This document shows, piece by piece, positions 42,800 through 46,553 of a stretch of DNA of 46,553 nt. The translations under genes were made by a program, and so were the position numbers. How positions within the stretch are numbered: the stretch's first letter is position 1; each line of letters starts with the position of its first letter. The notes below the pieces were generated by a model. That model was not told the origin of the DNA. It saw only the letters and a list, made by a program, of their open reading frames with translations, and made no database searches. This DNA comes from an uncultured Candidatus Saccharibacteria bacterium (GTDB lineage: Bacteria; Patescibacteriota; Minisyncoccia; Phycocordibacterales; UBA9973), in NCBI GenBank assembly GCA_964426555.1, contig CAYRQJ010000002.1:114837-161389 (forward strand), in the 5' to 3' direction.

Positions 42800-43153
42800 C
42801 TATACAAATTCTATTCTAGCCATTAAAGCTGCGTCTCCTGTGCGACGAGGTAGTTTGTATATACGAGTATATCCACCTTGTCTTTTTTCATATTTAGGAG
42901 CTAATACATCCATAATTTTTGCAGCTACTGCTTCGTTATTGTCGATTCTAGAAAGAAGTGTACGACGAGCAGCCAATGTGTTCTTTTTGCCAATTGTAAT
43001 TAATTTTTCTACAAAAGGTCTTAATTCTCGTGCTTTTGCATCAGTAGTAGTGATGGCATCATGAGTAAGTAGTGCAACTGTTAATGTTTTTAACAATGCT
43101 CTTCTTTGTGATGCTGGGCGACCGAATTTTCTGTTAGCGTTGTGATGTCTCAT
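42800..43153 (-). CDS. rplQ: 50S ribosomal protein L17
   Basis: MRHHNANRKFGRPASQRRALL ... GGYTRIYKL. Confidence 0.95.
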   Translation of the reverse strand: MRHHNANRKFGRPASQRRALLKTLTVALLTHDAITTTDAKARELRPFVEKLITIGKKNTLAARRTLLSRIDNNEAVAAKIMDVLAPKYEKRQGGYTRIYKLPRRTGDAALMARIEFV

Positions 43154-43154
43154 A

Positions 43155-44141
43155 TTATTCTTTTAGGGTAATTCCAAAGTTACTAAGTATGTTTTTGATT
43201 TCTTGGATCCCCTTTTCTCCAATACCATCAATTTCCAAAAGGTCTTCTTTCTTTTTACGAGCTATACCACCAACTGTACGAATGTTAACATTTTGCAGTG
43301 AAGTAAGAATTCTTGGAGAAAGTCCTAATGTGTCGATTCTTGTTTTTAAAATATCTGTAAATTCACCATCTCCTGATGATTTTACTTCGTCTGTTGAAAC
43401 TGTTTCTTTTTCTTCAATATCTTCAATTTCGATTTTTGCTACATTACGAATTTCGTGATCTAGCATTGCATCTAATTGTTCGATCATAATACGGATTGAA
43501 CGATTTAAAGATTCTTTTGGAGTTATTGAACCATCTGTTTCAATGTTTAAACGAAGACGGTTATAGTTTGTGTTATCTCCAACACGCATGTTTTCTACTT
43601 CGTAAGAAACACGACGAATAGGTGTAAAAATTGCATCAATTGCAATTGTCCCAATTTCTACTTTACCACGTTGATGTTCTTCTTTAGTTACGAAACCAAG
43701 ACCGCGTTCAATACGCATTGTTATTTCCAATTTTCCTGTTTTGTCTGTAATTTCAGCAATGTATAGATCTGGATTTAAAACTTCTACTTGAGAACTAGTT
43801 TTAATATCAGATGCTGTTACTTTTTTATTGCCTTTTATTGACAATGTAATTTCTTGTGATTCATCAGAATGTAATTTAAAACGAAGTTGTTTTAAATTCA
43901 AAATGATACTAATCACATCTTCTCTTACACCATCAATCACAGAAAATTCGTGTTCTGCTCCTTCTATTTTTATAGAAGTAATAGCCGCACCCGGTAGTGA
44001 AGATAAAATGATACGACGCAAAGAGTTACCTAATGTGTGTCCATATCCTGGATACAAATTATCTATTTCAAAGATACCTTTTGTAGGCTCATCTTTGACC
44101 ACTCGGGGCTTTGTCGGTAGAATTATAGAATATTCGTGCAT
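43155..44141 (-). CDS. rpoA: DNA-directed RNA polymerase subunit alpha
   Basis: GYGHTLGNSLRRIILSSLPGAA plus a C-terminal HhH domain. Confidence 0.95.
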   Translation of the reverse strand: MHEYSIILPTKPRVVKDEPTKGIFEIDNLYPGYGHTLGNSLRRIILSSLPGAAITSIKIEGAEHEFSVIDGVREDVISIILNLKQLRFKLHSDESQEITLSIKGNKKVTASDIKTSSQVEVLNPDLYIAEITDKTGKLEITMRIERGLGFVTKEEHQRGKVEIGTIAIDAIFTPIRRVSYEVENMRVGDNTNYNRLRLNIETDGSITPKESLNRSIRIMIEQLDAMLDHEIRNVAKIEIEDIEEKETVSTDEVKSSGDGEFTDILKTRIDTLGLSPRILTSLQNVNIRTVGGIARKKKEDLLEIDGIGEKGIQEIKNILSNFGITLKE

Positions 44142-44173
44142 AATATATATAGAGCTAGAATAATAACTAATAA

Positions 44174-44782
44174 TTAACGACTATAGAACTCGATCACTTT
44201 GTTAAAGTCGAATGCTGTGTCAGGTGTAACTGGTTTCCCTTTTACTTTACAAGACAATGCTTCGATATTAACTGCAAGCCATGATGGAAATGATGTATCT
44301 TTTGTCTTTACTGCTAAATCGGTAAACATAATTGATTTTTGACTACCACCACGTACTGTGATTTCGTCTCCAATATGAATTTCGCGAGATGGAATTGTTG
44401 TTTTAACTCCGTTAACACAGAAATGTCCATGTGACACCATTTGTCTTGACATTCTGCGAGTAGGAGCAAACCCCATGCGAAATACTATATTGTCTAATCT
44501 TGATTCAAGTTGTTCAGCTAATGAAACAGATGGCTTAACACCTTTTGTTTTTGTAGCAACTTTTACATAGTTACTAAATTGTGTTTCAGAAACACCGTAA
44601 GAAAAACGAATTCTTTGTTTTTCGTACATTTGTTCAGCGTAACCTGAAAGTGGTTTTGGACGCTTGCCTCCTTTTTTTACACCACGACGATTAACACTGT
44701 CCGCAAATTTTGCAGTTTGTGTTTTTTCGAAAACATGGGCTCCTAAACGGCGAGCGATTTTATATTTCTTTACTGGTTTCAT
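44174..44782 (-). CDS. rpsD: 30S ribosomal protein S4
   Basis: Start at the ATG 44780-44782 (MKPVKKYKIARRLG). S4 RNA-binding domain RLDNIVFRMGFA. Confidence 0.9.
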   Translation of the reverse strand: MKPVKKYKIARRLGAHVFEKTQTAKFADSVNRRGVKKGGKRPKPLSGYAEQMYEKQRIRFSYGVSETQFSNYVKVATKTKGVKPSVSLAEQLESRLDNIVFRMGFAPTRRMSRQMVSHGHFCVNGVKTTIPSREIHIGDEITVRGGSQKSIMFTDLAVKTKDTSFPSWLAVNIEALSCKVKGKPVTPDTAFDFNKVIEFYSR

Positions 44783-44783
44783 A

Positions 44784-45221
44784 TTATACTCTTCTTGGCT
44801 TCTTAGGCTTTGGACCATTATGTGGTACTGGAGTAGCGTCACGAATTGCACTGATATCAATATCAAAAGCATTTAATGCGCGAATTACTGGTTCACGACC
44901 AGATCCAACACCAACAATAACAACATCGACTTCTTTAATGCCCATAATCTTCGCCTTTTCACCTAATACTTCACCCACTTTTGTAGCTGCAAAAGGTGTA
45001 CCTTTCTTTGCCCCCTTGAAACCAAGAGAACCAGATGATGACCAAAACAGCGTATTACCTTCTTTGTCAGAGATAAGTGCTTTTGTATTATTAAATGTAG
45101 CATTGATATGAAGTGTACCGCTCACAACTTTCTTTTTGGGCACGCGGACAGAAGAAGATGTACGTGGTACACCTTCACCCTGTGATCCTTCATTTTTATT
45201 TTTAATCTTTAACTTTCCCAT
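44784..45221 (-). CDS. rpsK: 30S ribosomal protein S11
   Basis: GTLHINATFNNT ... SSGSLGFKGAKKGTPFAA ... DATPVPHNGPKPKKPRR. Confidence 0.95.
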   Translation of the reverse strand: MGKLKIKNKNEGSQGEGVPRTSSSVRVPKKKVVSGTLHINATFNNTKALISDKEGNTLFWSSSGSLGFKGAKKGTPFAATKVGEVLGEKAKIMGIKEVDVVIVGVGSGREPVIRALNAFDIDISAIRDATPVPHNGPKPKKPRRV

Positions 45222-45286
45222 AGGAATTTTTTTTCAAATTGATAAACTAAGTAGAAATGTATGTTTGTAAACGCAGAATAGTAAAA

Positions 45287-45667
45287 TTACGTCTTAGAAT
45301 CTTTTCGGCGACCACTGGCCATTGTTACGCGCACATTACCACGAACGGTTCGAGAGTTTGTTTTTGATCTCTGACCGCGTACTGGTAGTTTACGCATATG
45401 ACGAATGCCACGGTAACTTTTGATATCTTTAAGACGTTTTACGTTTGCTGAAATTTCACGTTTTAGATTTCCTTCGATCTTCATTGCTTCTATCTCGCGA
45501 CGAATAGCATTTTCTTGATCCATGGAAATATCCCCCGGTTTTGTACCTGGGTCGATGTTTAATTTAGCAAGTACGTTTTGTGCGGTTTTTAAACCAACGC
45601 CAAAAAGAACTGTTAGACCAATTTCTAAACGTTTTTCTTGAGGAACTGTAATACCTAGAATACGCAT
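45287..45667 (-). CDS. rpsM: 30S ribosomal protein S13
   Basis: MRILGITVPQEKRLEIGLTVLFGVG ... YRGIRHMRKLPVRGQRSKTN. Confidence 0.95.
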   Translation of the reverse strand: MRILGITVPQEKRLEIGLTVLFGVGLKTAQNVLAKLNIDPGTKPGDISMDQENAIRREIEAMKIEGNLKREISANVKRLKDIKSYRGIRHMRKLPVRGQRSKTNSRTVRGNVRVTMASGRRKDSKT

Positions 45668-45669
45668 AA

Positions 45670-45786
45670 TTATCCTTGTTTTTGTTTAAACTTTGGGTTC
45701 TTCTTGTTAATAATGTATAGACGGCCACGACGACGAACGAATTTGTCTTCGGGACTTCTCTTCTTAAGTGATGATTTTACTTTCAT
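45670..45786 (-). CDS. rpmJ: 50S ribosomal protein L36
   Basis: 38-codon frame below the track cutoff: [38 protein letters not shown]. Sits in the canonical position between infA and rpsM. Confidence 0.85.
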   Translation of the reverse strand: MKVKSSLKKRSPEDKFVRRRGRLYIINKKNPKFKQKQG

Positions 45787-45796
45787 ACTATATTTT

Positions 45797-46012
45797 TTAC
45801 ATTCTGCGAACGATTCTGTTGCGATTGCCAACAGGATCTTCCACCATTTCTACTTTGTCTCCAATGAGAACTTTGATTCGGTGCATGCGCATTTTACCGG
45901 AAAGATAAGCAAGAATTATCTTCTCGTTATCTAAAACGACACGAAACATTACATTAGGTAATGCTTCAACAACCGTTCCTTGAATGAGCGTTTCTTTATC
46001 ATTGTTACTCAT
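45797..46012 (-). CDS. infA: translation initiation factor IF-1
   Basis: Start at the ATG 46010-46012 ([42 protein letters not shown]...), an S1-like fold. Confidence 0.9.
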   Translation of the reverse strand: MSNNDKETLIQGTVVEALPNVMFRVVLDNEKIILAYLSGKMRMHRIKVLIGDKVEMVEDPVGNRNRIVRRM

Positions 46013-46081
46013 AGTATGACACTGCAAACAGAATAGCAAAGAAACGCTGAAAAGTCAAATATAGATTGGAAAAACTTTTTG

Positions 46082-46154
46082 TGGACCATGCCGGACTTGA
46101 ACCGGCCACCTCGCCCATGCCATGGGCGCACTCTACCAGATGAGCTAATGGCCC
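46082..46154 (-). tRNA. tRNA-Ala (anticodon GGC)
   Basis: Minus strand: GGGCCAT-TA-GCTC..GAGT-G-CGCCC-ATGGCAT-GGGCG-AGGTG-GCCGG-TTCAAGT-CCGGC-ATGGTCC-A. G3:U70 identity pair present. No encoded CCA. It overlaps the spurious ORF 46005-46193. Confidence 0.9.
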
Positions 46155-46269
46155 ATTTTTTTTAAATATAACAAAAATGTATTTAATTTTCAAAATAATT
46201 CTTGCATTTTCTATTTTGTATGATAATATAAAAACACATCAATGATGTACGGTTATTGAAAATTTATAT

Positions 46270-46342
46270 GGGCCCTTAGCTTAGTTGGTAGAGCGCCTCA
46301 TTTGCAATGAGGAGGTCAGCGGTTCGAATCCGCTAGGGTCCA
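46270..46342 (+). tRNA. tRNA-Ala (anticodon UGC)
   Basis: GGGCCCT-TA-GCTT..GAGC-G-CCTCA-TTTGCAA-TGAGG-AGGTC-AGCGG-TTCGAAT-CCGCT-AGGGTCC-A. G3:U70 present. Confidence 0.9.
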
Positions 46343-46350
46343 CAGTCGTT

Positions 46351-46378
46351 AAAAAAACTTAAACTACTTTAAGTTTTT
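46351..46378 (+). terminator. rho-independent terminator after tRNA-Ala(UGC)
   Basis: AAAAAAA-CTTAAA-CTAC-TTTAAG-TTTTT. Confidence 0.65.
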
Positions 46379-46501
46379 AGACTGTGGAAGTCGCAGCGAT
46401 GTTTTTGTTTGAACGATAGTGAAAGGCAAAAACCGCGAGACGGGGTCGCAAGATTTTTCAGTCAAGAAAAATACTTGTGACCACAAAAGAAATTAAATCA
46501 T

Positions 46502-46553
46502 GCGCGGTTAGCTCAGTTGGTAGAGCAACCCGTTTACACCGGGAAGGTCACAG
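46502..46553 (+). tRNA. tRNA-Val (anticodon UAC), 5' part, truncated by the window end
   Basis: GCGCGGT-TA-GCTC-AGTTGGTA-GAGC-A-ACCCG-TTTACAC-CGGGA-AGGTC-ACAG... Confidence 0.8.

Overview
This is an AT-rich, very gene-dense 46.5-kb bacterial chromosomal segment with almost every gene on the minus strand. The core is housekeeping. It holds the infA-rpmJ-rpsM-rpsK-rpsD-rpoA-rplQ and rplM-rpsI clusters and three tRNAs (Ala-GGC, Ala-UGC, partial Val-UAC). It also holds grpE, recR, dnaB, trpS next to a TrpR/YerC-like gene, an ABC exporter, aspS, scpA/scpB, mraY, ftsW, obg, gatB, gap, a LexA-like repressor, metK behind a SAM-I riboswitch, murQ, tag and msrB. Several traits suggest a reduced-genome Patescibacteria/CPR-type organism (inference only): a lamin-tail-domain protein beside ftsW/mraY, a CxxC-x17-CxxC RGG protein, many small membrane proteins, several TATAAT-N6-ATG leaderless-looking starts and few Shine-Dalgarno sites. 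The clearest accessory region is a visibly more AT-rich block at about 6.16-10.5 kb. It carries a T5orf172/GIY-YIG-like gene, a SEC-C-motif protein, a 615-aa in-frame fusion of a complete self-cleaving LexA repressor to an N6-adenine DNA methyltransferase, and a convergent small GIY-YIG-like putative nuclease. I read this as a candidate DNA-damage-wired restriction-modification-like module, and it is the most novel item I can support. Other non-standard signals are listed below:
- A family of ~117-nt palindromic elements (CCCGTTAGAAGC...GCTTCTAACGGG) sits flush against the start codons of three housekeeping genes.
- A 23S-rRNA-like fragment lies downstream of tag.
- An S51 peptidase gene has a single in-frame TGA.
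- An identical DnaA-box-containing 11-mer occurs in three intergenic regions.
- A 26-bp palindrome occupies a divergent promoter gap.
I saw no CRISPR array, integrase, transposase or intact rRNA gene.
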